Shown: positions 23,957 to 36,132 of the stretch, piece after piece
Position numbering within the stretch: the first letter of the stretch is position 1
Layout of the letters: each line of letters opens with the position of its first letter
Origin: Leucoraja erinacea
Taxonomy: Eukaryota
DNA length: 64,000 nt
NCBI RefSeq assembly: GCF_028641065.1
Contig: NC_073385.1
Span: 60,698,001 to 60,762,000, forward strand
Reading direction: 5' to 3'
Position numbers and translations under genes: made by a program
Notes under the pieces: model-generated
Told to the model about the DNA's origin: nothing
Databases searched by the model: none
The model's input: the letters and a program-made list of their open reading frames with translations, nothing else

Positions 23957-24884
23957 ATAGGGTGATTTCACAAAAGGTCACTGGAGCGTAGATCCGCACC
24001 CATGTGACCGAAAATTTAAAGTGGAGTACATGCGATACATCTGGTACATGTTAGTGAATGGGAAAACACGCACTTTCACACCCGTTAAAAACATCGAAAA
24101 CGGCCAGTTTTTGAGCTGCAATTTACTGTGCCAGTCGGGGTGACTGTGAGACACAGCTACCTAAATTTAGAGTCCAAAAAAAAAGATAGAAACCTAAGGT
24201 AAATTCAAGAGGGAGCTGAAGGTGCTAAACCAGCGGAAGTGATCAGCAGACATTTGTCGTGGAGATTTAAAGATCCAAAATATCGGGAATTATCGCGTTT
24301 GCTCACTGCATTTCATCAAAAGTAAGGCATTATTGACTTTTTTATCTTTATTCATTTGTTATATGAAAAGTTTTAAAAGTGAAAAATCCGTCAGTAAAAT
24401 TGCAAAATCGCCCATGGTTCTCAGGTGGGTTTTAACATGCAAAATGAAAACGCTTCTGAAGCTACATTTACCATTTAAATAATCGTAAACTATCAATGCG
24501 TTTTGAAATAAATTTTACTCAGATGCAAGCTAAGGAATGGGATAATTGTCAGATGTTAGTTGGACAAAATCAGGACATTTTATTATTTGCCAAAATATAT
24601 TTCTCAATGTTTCTTGTTTAAAGCCTGCACATTCACCCAAACTATTTATTTATTTATTTATTTATTTATCATCTAATAACAGACAAGCCTGCAGCATGGA
24701 ATGATGTCAACAATCCTGATTTTGGCAAATAATAAAATGTCCTGATTTTGTCCAACTAACAGCTGACAATTATCCCATTCCTTCACTAACATGTACCGGA
24801 TGTATCGCATGTACTCCACTTTAAATTTTCGGTCACGTTGGTGCGGATCTACGCTCCAGTGACCTTATCGTGAAATCACCATAT
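23957..24884. mobile_element. Non-autonomous DNA transposon with ~105-bp TIRs and an internal inverted repeat
   Basis: GGTGATTTCAC...ttagtgaa / ttcactaac...GTGAAATCACC; internal arms 24532-24596 and 24719-24783. Confidence 0.85.
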
Positions 24885-24925
24885 GGGTGTTGTATAGCAT
24901 TGTCAACGTGGGATGTTTATAAATA

Positions 24926-25976
24926 CAGTAAACCCTTGTTTTAACGCACCCTTTTATAATGGATTTTGGTTATAGCAGACGGACCTGCTGACGCCAACCT
25001 GAATCACACCGCCTTTCCAGCTTTTGCAATGCCAACCCCTGGCTAGCAAGGTGCACGCACCTCTCACCAACGCTGCTCCTTTCTGTTGGCCCACATTGCC
25101 CTTGTCCTTTCAGGTTCTCCATTCTTTTCCCCCCCCCCCCCCCCCATTGCTTTGTCCTTTCAGGTTCTCCTCTTCCCCCCTCCCACCCCCCATCTCAACT
25201 GCTAACTCCTCCTTTTCCCATCGTTTTGTTCACTCTGCCTCCTCCCCCCCCCATCCCCCTCCTCTGTACACTCGACCTCCACCGCCGCTTCCTCCTTTTC
25301 CTCCCCTGGAGTCACCCACCTACTCCACCTTGGAAGCAGGGAGCGGACAAAGTGGCAACCGACAGGGAGAAGCAGCAGCTGGTGAGAAGAGAGGGAGCCC
25401 CATTGTGACCATACTGAACTGAACTGAACTTTATTTATAGAGCACTTTAAAAACAACCACTGTTGCAACAAAGTGCTGTACATGACTAATCATAAACATA
25501 AAACAAAACAATAAAAACATTAAAAGACAGTAAAAACAATAACAAACAATAGAATCACTAAAACAGGAGCAAAGTCTCATGCAGGGTTGAAAGCCAAGGA
25601 ATTGGAAAGGGTTTTAAGACTAGTTTTGAAGGACAGCTGCCTCAACCTGATCGTGCAGCATCTGATGAAGAAGGGCTCACTGGTGCAGTCCAGCAGCTCC
25701 GACGCCTAGTTTTAAGGTGAAACAGTACAAAGTGCAGGGGTAACTCAGCAGAATGAATCCACCTGAAGAAGGCTCCAAAGTCACCTATCTATGTTCTCCA
25801 GCGATGCTGTCTCACCTGCTGAGTTCCTCCAGCACTTTGTGTCTGTTTGTGTAATAACTGCAGTATCAACTTCATCTGCAGTCCTTTGTTTCAACTACAT
25901 ACAATGATAATGGTTATAGTGGATAATTGGCAATATTGGACCCACCCCCACAGTTCATTATAAGGAGGGTTTACTG
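24926..25976. mobile_element. Tigger/pogo-like MITE with nested insertions
   Basis: TA-CAGTAAACCCT ... AGGGTTTACTG-TA. Confidence 0.7.
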
Positions 25977-26545
25977 TACATAAATGTGTCACTTGCAAGA
26001 GAACTTATGATTTCATTCTGATATTTCAAACAGAAAATGGTGGAAACTCAGTAGGTTAGGTGTAGAAAGACAACAATGTACATTTTGCAGGTCAAAGATC
26101 CTCTGCCAGAATGGGACTGGTGAAGGGACTTTGACCTACAAAGTTAATTGTTTGCCTTTCTTTCGATGCTGCTCAACCTGCTGAGTGTTTTTGGTATTTT
26201 CTGTTTTTACTTCAGATCTGCAGTTTCTCAATTTGAATTTATGAAAGCAAAGTTTAAGGAGCATTTAGACAAGCATTTCAAAAGGCAGGGGATGAGAGAC
26301 ACAGCCACATGCTGGCAGATGTGCAATTCAAAATGGTGTCCTGGTTGGCACAGGCGAGGTGGCCAAAGGGGTTGTTCCTGTGCTGAAGTGTTCCATGTAT
26401 TTAATATAATTCATTGTAAAATAAGCATATTATTAGTTTGCAATATAATGTTTTTTTAAGCTCCCAGTGTCAACTAGGTGTTACTAAAGACGAGTAATAC
26501 GCCTGATTTTGCAGGCAAATTCACGGCAGTCTAACTGTTGGAAAA

Positions 26546-26639
26546 ATGAGGAGATCTAAATTACCTGTTTATCGGACAAGAAACACACATGCTGCCATCG
26601 CTCCATCAGAGGTTTCAACTGCCAATGGGCTGAAAACAG
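26546..26639 (+). CDS. KNSTRN: KNSTRN first coding exon (MRRSKLPVYRTRN...)
   Basis: Acceptor at 26460 (alternative ~26514), ATG at 26546, donor CAG|gtaaac; in frame with downstream exons. Confidence 0.75.
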
Positions 26640-27559
26640 GTAAACTGATTGCAAGTGCAGAATTCATAATATAAATGGCAAATATAACATGGTTTGTTGC
26701 ATCAATGCACTTTTTGGTATGTAAAGTCCAGTTCCATCCGGGAATCCGTTAACTTCAATCCTTTCTGTCTCGAGGAATTCCTCTCATCTGTGGCACTTCT
26801 ATTTCAATGATACTTTATTGCCACATGTACATATGTACAGTGAAATGCTTTGTTTTGCATACAACCCAGTAAAGTCATACAGCAGACCTCACCGAAGCAG
26901 TACACATGTTTTGCCACATTTGTGGCACCAACAAAGTTCACCGAGTATCATTACACTGCATTTTGTAAACAACACTTAAAAAAGTGTTCTGAAGTACATA
27001 TTATTGCATCACTATATATGGTATCTTTCATTTATATGGTTTCTTCAAGTTAGAAGCATAATTACAGAAGGTATGACTAAAAAACAACAGTCGCAGTGAT
27101 TTTGCTAAGGAGCTAACTGTGGCTGAAAGCTTGATTAGGTGATGTCTCAGCTGCAGTCATTTAGACAGGGAATTCCAAATGCTAGACCAAGATGTCAGCA
27201 GGTTTGAGAGTAAGACAGATGACCTACAGAAAAATTTGAACACAGTGTCAGGGAATCGGGAATCTATTACAATTTTGGGGTATGCGATTGCTTCCTACAA
27301 GTAGAAGTTGTAACTGTAGGCAGGTGCATGGTCGAGGCTATACTTGTCTTTCCATTGGATATGTGGAACAGTTCTTGTTTTAAACCTCCGGTACTACTCT
27401 TTCTCTGTTAGATTGACACTTGCATTAGTGCTGCTCCCTGCACCCATGCAAAATATTGATTTTTATCACCTTTGCTACTAATTCCACCATGCTTTCAAAT
27501 TCATTTCAGCCATTTTTTGCACATCTCTCCCTTTTCTGGATCTCTCTCTGCATCTCGGA

Positions 27560-28655
27560 AGACAAAAATGCTGGAGAAACTCAGCGGGTGAGGCAGCATA
27601 TGGAGCGAAGGAATTAGGCGACGTTTCGGGCCGAGACCCTTCTTCAGACTGACGTGGGGTTGGGGGGGCGGGAAGAAGAAAGGAAGATGCGGAGACAGTG
27701 GGCTGTGGGAGAGCTGGGGAGGGGAAAGAGGGAGAAAGCAGGGACTACCTGAAATTGGAGAAGTCAATGTTCGTACCGCTGGGGTGTAAACTACCCAAGC
27801 AAAATATGAGGTGCTGCTCCTCCAATTTACGGTGGACCTCACTCTGGCCATGGAGGAGACCCAGGACAGAAAGGTTGGATTCGGAATGGGAGGGGGTGTT
27901 GAAATGCTGAGCCACCGGGAAATAAGTTTGTTTATTGCGAACCGAGCAGAGGTGTTGGGCGAAGCGATCGCCAAGTCTACGCTTGGTCTCATCGATGTAG
28001 AGCAGCTGACACAGCGGATGCAATAGATGAGGTTGGAGGAGGTGCAGGTGAACCTCTGCCGCACCTGGAAAGACTGCTTAGGTCCTTAGTTGGAGTCAAG
28101 GGGGGAGGTAAAGCTACTAGTATAGCATTTCCTGCGGTTGCAAGGGAAAGTACCAGGAGAGAGGGTGGGAAGCGAACTGACCAGGGAGTTACGGAGGGAG
28201 CAGTCTCTGCGGAAAGCCGAAAGGGGAGGGGAGGGGATGGGAAGATGTGGTCAGTGGTGGGATCCCATTGGAGGTGGTGAGAGCCTCATCTATAGTAGAA
28301 GAGGGGAACCCCCGTTCCCTAAAGAATGAGGACATCTCCGATGCCCTGGTTTGGAACACCTCATCCTGGGTGCGGATGCGGTGTAGTGGGAGGAATTGGG
28401 AGTAGGGGATGGAGTCCTTACAAGAAGCAGGGTGGGAAGAAGTGTAGTCCAGATAGCCATGAGAGTCAATGGGTTTATAGTAGATGTCAGTCAGTAGTCT
28501 GTCACCTGCGATGGCGATAGTTAGGTCTAGAAACGGTAGGGAGATGTCGGAAATGGTACAGGTGTATTTGTGTGTCGCATGGGAGTTAGTGGTGAAATGC
28601 ACTCCAGCATTTTTGTCCACCTTCGATTTTCCAGAATCTGCAGTTCCTTCTTAAA
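27560..28655 (-). mobile_element. Penelope-like retroelement (RT C-terminus and GIY-YIG), 5'-truncated with an inverted terminal copy
   Basis: LPFLDLTI, TDIYYKPIDSHGYLDYTSSHP, FTCTSSNLIYCIRC, YIDETKRRLGDRFAQH; inverted terminus at 28600-28655. Confidence 0.9.
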
Positions 28656-29815
28656 CACTGATATTTGTTGTACATCCATTGACTCCTTCATCTGCCTAGA
28701 CAATGCTATTTCTGCCCTATCTGCAATTGCCAATTTATTTTCTGTCTCTTCTGATCCATCCCTGGTTCTTCAATTTTTGCTCCCCTCACCCCCGTGGTTC
28801 TGTCCATCTCCTGCCCACACATATCTATCACTGGTTCCCCTCGCCCTTCAAATTCTATCTGCCCTTCATCTCTCCCCTAATAGTTTCCCAAATTCCTGAC
28901 ATCACCCTCCAGCAGCTATCTCCTCTTTCACCCTCTTGTGCCTCTGCCTTGTTCCATCTGCCCTTTTGTTTTTCACATCTTCTTCCATCCATCATTGACC
29001 AGTGTAAAACTCCCAACTCCACTTGTCCCCTGGCTGTCTCTGTTTGCCTCCATCTCACCTCTCTTCAGTCCACCAATCATGAGATGGCCTCTCCTTTTTC
29101 TACTGGCTATCTTCACTCTGTCCTAATGCAGATCATTAACCAATAATGAAAACAATTCCTTCCCTCCCATTCTCCCAGTTGCTGCCCAAATCCTCTAACA
29201 TTTCATTTTTCTGATCCAGTGACCACTGAAGCTTATCCTCTTATCTGAGGGGTATGCATTTAGATAGACGGGGCTGATTCGGGATAGACAACATGATTTT
29301 GTACTTGAGAGATGGTATCTTACAAACCTTTTGTTTTAGTGTGAAAAATTAACCAAAGCCATAGATGTTGTCTACCTGGACTTAGCAAGGCATTTGACAA
29401 CGTTCCGCAAGATAGGCGGCTCTGGAAGACAAGATCGCATGGGATCCAGAGAGTCAACCGACTGGATAGAGAATTCACTTTGTGGAAGGAAGCCGAGGGT
29501 GAATGTGGCAGGTTGTGTATCAGACTAGAAATCGGTGGCAAGTGGTGGTGTGCCTCGGGGATCAGTGTGGGGCCCATTGCTGTTTGTGGTTGTTTCCGTA
29601 CTGCACGACACTGGCGGGGAGGGGAGGGGGGGGGGGGGGGGATGTGGGGAGGGATGGATGGATGGCATGTGGAGTAGGTGAGAACTTAGCTTTAATGTGA
29701 TTTGGGTACAGTTTGTGTATTGGACAACATTTTAATTTGTTTTGTCAGGGTGTACTCGATAGTTTGTATATATATTAATAATAACATAATTCGCCTTGCC
29801 TTATTTCTATCCTAG

Positions 29816-29972
29816 AAAGTGATCATTTACAGCCTTCAGCAAAACGCTTCCATGTGATTCCAAGTGAATCGAAGAATGATTTACCTCGAAGATTCAACTT
29901 TTCACGTAAAACCTCAAGTGCAGTCACTTTCGAGGCAACGTGTAAACAGCAGAATGTGGCATTAAATAAAAG
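29816..29972 (+). CDS. KNSTRN: KNSTRN coding exon
   Basis: cctag|...|gtaagg, 157 nt, open (SDHLQPSAKRFH...NVALNK). Confidence 0.8.
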
Positions 29973-30479
29973 GTAAGGATTACACTGTCATTTGAGTCAG
30001 CAATGAGAATTGCAAGTCTGAATACACTATCCATCCAAGTAAGGCACTTTCAACTATAGATGTTTTTAAAGGCACTGTCCAAAGTCAACTTGCTATTAGC
30101 TAATTATGTCCAGAAAGGAAAAACCTGAAGAATATTGGGTGAAACAATTCTGCTAAGATATAGCTTTGGGGCAAAGTGGATGGATGCTTGCTATAATTTT
30201 TATATGGACGTGAATTTATATAAATCCCATATTGCCTTTTCACATTGGCTATACTGCTTAATACAGTATAATTATGGTTTCTTCGTGCAATGAGTGATTA
30301 GTTGAAGTAAATGGTACTTTTCATTTGGCATTTTGATAGAGAGAACTGCTTATCCCTGACTCTTGTGCACTGTGATGTAGGTCTAGGGATAAGGCTAGAG
30401 GTAAGCTGCAAGCTGCTCTCAACCTGCAGCTTTATGCCAGCGAAAGTCTATGTAGCAGAAAACATCACTGCATTAAAAT

Positions 30480-30945
30480 AAAAGGCACAAAGTGTTGGAT
30501 GGTCAGAGACACAGCAGGTCAGGCAACATCACTGGCATAACATAGGTAGCGTTTCAGGTTGTGATCCTTCAAACTGATTGGGATGGAGGGGGAAGGAACG
30601 TTTGAAGTAAGGAGAGACAGGACTAAGCCTGGCAAGTAATAGGTGGATGCAGATAGGGGGATTTTTGGTAGGCAGATGGTTGGGCAAAGGCCACAGAGGA
30701 AAAGACAGAATGAGTGAAGCAGAAGGATTAATTAATTCCTAATTTGTGAGTTAACTAGCTGAAAAGAGTCACAAATTATGATGCTAGAGGAAGGAATGTA
30801 GGTGGAAATAGAAGGGGTGGAGAAAAAGAGGCGTGAGTCTAGATAGGACGGGGAGGGGAGGGGGAGAAAGGCAAAGAATGGAGGAAGAAGGAGGTAGAGG
30901 TGTTGGTAGTTACTAAAATTAGAGAATTCAATGTTGGACCTTGGG
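30480..30945 (-). mobile_element. Degenerate Penelope 3'/terminal fragment
   Basis: cacaaagtgttgga..gcaggtcaggc terminus, purine-rich tract, aaattagagaattcaatgtt (end of GIY-YIG ORF). Confidence 0.6.
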
Positions 30946-31109
30946 ATCTGCTACCTGAGGTCTGATTGTGCTTGCTGAACAATCCATCTTGTGAAAGTCA
31001 TTGCAGCTAACTACGCTCAGTTGGACGTGCAGGAACGCAAAAATAAATCACATTGGTGATGTGAGCTGTGTAGGTTTCGTTAAGTGCCTGTCTTTGTGTT
31101 TTTTTAAAG

Positions 31110-31157
31110 AAAGAAAATTCCCCCGTCATCAAGGATGACTCGTGCTGACATGAAGAA
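31110..31157 (+). CDS. KNSTRN: KNSTRN coding exon (KKIPPSSRMTRADMK)
   Basis: ttttaaag|...|gtgagt, 48 nt, phase 2-2. Confidence 0.78.
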
Positions 31158-31522
31158 GTGAGTTTTTGACTGGATTACTTTGAACAGTATGCTCCATTTG
31201 CTGGATTTTACCGTGATATATATGTAAAAAGCTATAGAATTGGAGGGTTTAGTTTTGTATGTATGACTTTTGGAGGTGCTTTTTGGTCTGAGAATTTCCT
31301 GGGTCCCCAACTCTGGATTAGAAATAAAATCAAATCCCTTTATTCCAACTTTTTTTCTATCGCTCATGGAATTTTCTTCCCTCAGATGGGTACAATTACA
31401 ATTTAAAAGGTATTTGGGCACATGTATTGATGTATTGATGGGACTAGCTCAGATAGACATTGTGTTCATGTTGCCTTAAAGGGCTGGTTTCAGTACTGTA
31501 TCACTAACTCAATTAACTAGGT

Positions 31523-31771
31523 ACATAGAAAATAGGTGCAGGAGTAGGCCATTCGGCCCTTCGAGCCTGTACCGCCATTCAATATGATCATGGCTGATCA
31601 TCCAACTCGGTATCCTGTACCTGCCTTCTCTCCATACCCCCCAGATCCCTTTAGCCACAAGGGCCACATCTAACTCCCTCTTAAATATAGCCAATGAACT
31701 GGCCTCAACTACCCTCTGTGGCAGAGAGTTCCAGAGATTCACCACTCTCTGTGTGAAAAATGTTTTTCTCA
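31523..31771 (-). mobile_element. Young CR1 3' fragment
   Basis: Near-identical to 20795-21045 in reverse orientation. Confidence 0.9.
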
Positions 31772-32050
31772 CTGTGTTCAAACTGCAGATATACATCACT
31801 TTTTCTATTACTGTCAGATTTTGTTTTGCACAAATGGCTTGGACCTTTAAGTATGATTTCTTAATTGTTTAATAAAGTAGCTGAAAGAGGAAGATAGGAA
31901 ATGGGCATTATTAAACAAATTAATTTGTTAACAACTGTCAACATGATGAATCATGATCGTTGCAAGATGAACATAAATCTTTGGTTTTACTTCCTCATTA
32001 AACTCCTCGCGAAAAAAACGCTGTGTTGCTCACCATACGATTTTCTTCAG

Positions 32051-32150
32051 GAATATGGCCCCGAAAGTGGTCGAAGCAGAATTAAGGGACCAAAACCAGT
32101 TATTGGAAGTTGCCCAGCAGCAACTAAAGCAGGAACTGAAGGTATCCAAG
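32051..32150 (+). CDS. KNSTRN: KNSTRN coding exon (EAELRDQNQLLEVAQQQLKQEL)
   Basis: ttcttcag|...|gtgaga, 100 nt; resembles human SKAP EELKDKNQLLEAVNKQLHQKL. Confidence 0.88.
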
Positions 32151-33689
32151 GTGAGATTTCCTGCCAGTTTGAAATGTTTACTCCTGCTTCAATCTTGAAA
32201 CATTTTGGTTGCATAGTTGGATTTTTTTTAGTGATCAGCAGAGTAGAAGAATTAATTTAGATTAATTTACAAGGCGTGTGTCTGAATTTTTCACTCATCC
32301 ATAATTGTCATTGATATCATCGTGATGTTGGTCCATCATTGGAAGCCGCACGTGTGCTGTTCCTGAACCATCTGTTAGGTAGTTCAAGATTTGCACTAAA
32401 TGGAAGTGAGGGAACAGCAATTATATTTCCAAATCAAAATGGTGAGGAATTAGAAAGCAACATCTGGGAAGGGGTTTCCATCCGCTGAAGTGATACAAGT
32501 CGCAGGTTTGAGACGTGCTGTTGGCAAAGCCTGGGCCATTTGTAGTTGGAGCACACTGCAGCCATGGTGTGCTGTGATAGGAGCAAAGGTTTAGGCTGGG
32601 GGATGGTTTGTCAAATACTTTGAATGTTTGAGATGGCAGTAAATTTAAGACTTGTGGATGCTGTGGTTTAAACGGTTTGGGTCAGAACAAAATACATGAA
32701 TGTTTTTATCAATATTAATGGGTCGTATTCAAGTATGGCGTACAGCTCTTGGTTAGATTCTATTTGTCACCTGTCCCACGGGTCAGTTCACTGATAAGAT
32801 GTGTCCCTAATCAGGGTTAAATCTGGTATAGAGACTAGGGGATGTTTTAACGTGCTTGAGATTTTTAATCAATAAACCAATGACTCGTCAATAAGAGAGG
32901 CCTATTTGTATCTACAACAAAAAAGAACACGTTGGAAGTACTCTAAAGAACCAGTAAGGGGGAAGATTCAAAGGATAAAGACCTATATCTCCACCTAAAA
33001 CATTAGTCTGATCACCGTTCACAAACGGGAGGTATGTCTGATTCTCCATGGAATCCCTCTTTTCAATGATTTTAGGATGGAGCGATGCTCATCTGAGTCG
33101 ATATCCAGTGAGCATAATTTTTAGAATTGTGCAGAAATTATTGGGCAATTCATTGGATCTGAGGATGAATTGCTCACATCCTGCTTGAGGTGATCAGGAG
33201 CAGTATGTGAATTACAGACACCCCTTAAAGATGGGGCCGGGGGGGGTAGGTGGATGGGTTTTGTGTGAGGTGATGCTATCTTTCTGTCATTTATGAAGGG
33301 CTTCTGTGTGCTCTGGATCCTTTGACGGTTCTCAATCCCATCATTTGAGTTCTCATGGGCTAGGAACTGCCAACTGGTACAGATATTTGGTAGAAACATC
33401 TTTTTACGAAGGAAAAATCATCTTGTTACAGACGAAAAAAACACAAAATGCTGGAATAAACCTGGCATTATCCCCAGAGAACACGAGTAGGTGACATTTC
33501 GGGCTGAATGGGGGTGGGGGGAGGGGGGGGGGGAAAGAAAGCTAGAAGAGTGGCGGGGCATGACAAATCACAGGTGAGCATGTGCGTGATGCGTTGGGGA
33601 ATGGAGGGTATGGGGTGGTATTTGATCGGCAGATAGTTGGTCAAAGGCCAGAGAGAAATACACACAAGTGTGTGCAAAGGGATTAGGTT

Positions 33690-33988
33690 GGGGCGCCACA
33701 GTAGAGCAGCGATAGAGTTGCTGCCTTACAGCGCAAGAGACCGGGGTTAAATCCTGACTATGGGTGCTGTCTGTCTGCAGTTTGTACGTTGTCTCCACAC
33801 CCACATGGGTTTTCCCCAGGTGCTTCAGTTTCCTTTCACATTCCAAAAAAGAGGTTTGTAGGTTAATTGGCCCCCGGTAAAATTGCAAAATTGTCCCTAG
33901 TGTATAGGACATTGCTAGTATACAGGGAGCACTGGTTGGTGCAGACTACGTGCCTGTTTCTGAGCTGTGACTCTAATCTAAACTAAAG
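33690..33988 (+). mobile_element. HE1-like SINE inside a Penelope remnant (33440-34330)
   Basis: tRNA-like head and ctaaactaaa tail; flanks encode GVPLVF and carry a Penelope terminus. Confidence 0.75.
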
Positions 33989-34787
33989 TTGCGAATCGTG
34001 AAGCTAGAGGATTGATAAGATACGAATTGTACAGCTAGTGTTGCAAGGAAAAGTACCCGGAGAGGGAGTGGTTTGGGTGGGAGTGGCAGACGGAGTGGGC
34101 TTTGCAGAATGTGGAGATGGGAAGATGTGAATAGTGGTGAGATCACGTTCGAGGTGCTAGAAATATCGGAGGATGATGTGGCAAAGACCAGGGGAACTCC
34201 ATCTGTCTTGCGCTGGGCGGGTAACAAGAGCAGAGGTATGGGACGGAGGAGATCCATCTATGACAGGAGGGGGAAAGGCATGTTTACTAAAGAGGGCATC
34301 ATGGTTGTCCTTGAATGGAAGGATACATTTATACAAGCCATGTATAGATATCATTTTTTTCAAGAGGTTTATGTACAATGTAAAAGCAGCACTTTTAAAA
34401 TGTCATCATCATCATTGAAAACATCAACTGGCAAGGTACCTTACAGTGATCGCAACTTCTACAGAAGTGTGGATGGCCGTTGGCTCGCTCGGAGCTCATC
34501 CGCCCTTTGACGTCTTCTTTTTGGTCCTGCTGGGGGATCACAGCCCCCTCCTCACCTGGCAAACCAGGTGGGGGAGACGGTTTAGTCGCCGACTATCCGA
34601 CCATGGAGCAGGTAGCACGGGATTACATGGTACCTGTGGCGGGGGGGGAACTCCCCCCGACCTGACAGGAAATGTGCAGCTCTCTATTAAGCATGTTGAA
34701 ATAGCAAACTGCAACTAAACACCAATATTCGAAGAGGTGAACTGCTTGTGCTGTTTGATCTTAAACTCTGTAATTTGTTGGATTCAG

Positions 34788-34862
34788 GCACATGTGGAGA
34801 ATCTCCAAAGAGAATTAGAAACATGGAGAAGTAACACAATGGAGACGCGGGAGATGTTCCAG
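34788..34862 (+). CDS. KNSTRN: KNSTRN coding exon (AHVENLQRELETWRSNTMETREMFQ)
   Basis: ttcag|...|gtaaga, 75 nt; corresponds to human LLLETLQEELKLFNETAKKQMEELQ. Confidence 0.85.
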
Positions 34863-35306
34863 GTAAGAATTCTATGACATCACGACAGTTAACTTAAATG
34901 TTATCCTTTGTATTACTTCTCAAAGTTTATCCATGCTGAAAATCTGATGTATCTTACACAAAAATCCAGAGACATCAGCATTTTGTGAATTGTGGGGAAT
35001 GTGTACTGACTAATCAGTTCATGGAGGCATAAGCAGAGAAACGGGCCCTTCGGTCCAACTTGTCAATGCTGTCACAGACACCCCATCTATGCTTGTCCTA
35101 CCTGCCCACGTTTGTCACAAATCCATCTAACCCTTTGTCGTTTAAATGTTGTTACAGTACTTGCCTCAACTAGCTCCTCTGACAGTTCCTCTGACAGTTT
35201 GTTCTATACCCGAATGTGTGAATTCGAAGGTTTTACCAAGTCTGAGAGATTCAGAGATTTATAGGCTACAATAAAGTGTATATCTGGTAAAACACTGAAA
35301 GTACTA

Positions 35307-36132
35307 CAGGTGCACAACCTTTTATCCGAAAGCCTTGGGACCAGACACTTCTCGGATTTCGGATTTTTTCGGATTTCCGAATGGAAGATTTTTAGCGTAG
35401 CGTCGGTAGGTAGCGCGGGCGGCTTGAAAAGTCTGGAGCGGCTGCCTCCTCCCCGGGGAATCATTGTAAATCATTGCTTAAATGTTAGTCAGTTAGTTTG
35501 TAGGGATTTTATGTGGTGGGGGCGGGGTGAAAGGGGAAACTTTAATTCTTAGTCCCCTACCTGGTCGGAGAGGCGGGGAGCGGGCAATGGGTCGCCGTGC
35601 AGTATGTTCCGGAGTGCTGTGGCTGCCGACTCCCAACATCGCGGAGCTGGGGGCTGCGGGCGGCGCCGGTTGGAGCTCTGACCCCGGCAACTCTATCCCT
35701 GGCTGCGCGGCTGCAGCCCCAGCTCCGCGATGTTGGGAGTCGACGGCCACAGCGCTCCGGAGCTTACTGCACAGCGACCCGGTAAGGCATTGCCCGCTCC
35801 CCGCCTCTCCGACCAGGTAGGGGACTAAGAATTAAAGTTTTCCCCTTCACCCCCTCCCCCCCCCCCCCCCCCCCCCCCCCCCTTTCACATAAAAGCCCTC
35901 CGAACTAACTGACTAACATTTAAGCAATGATTTACAGATGTTTAAGTGTCTCCCCGATCTCCGGGGAGGAGGCAGCCGCTACAGTAGTACAGACCTGGGT
36001 TGACCGTGGGTCGTTTCGGGTCAGGTTTGGCGCCAAACGCGAGCTTTGGTGTGCAGACGGCATCCTGGAAAAAATGTCCGGTTTTCGGAGCTTTACGGTT
36101 TCCGGAACTCCGGATAAAAGGTTGTGCACCTG
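35307..36132. mobile_element. Tc1/mariner-pogo-type MITE with a long internal palindrome
   Basis: TA-CAGGTGCACAACCTTTTATCCG ... CGGATAAAAGGTTGTGCACCTG-TA. Confidence 0.9.

Noticed and set aside
25024-25422. Proline-rich ORF
   Set aside because: Low-complexity C-rich tract inside a MITE with no splice support
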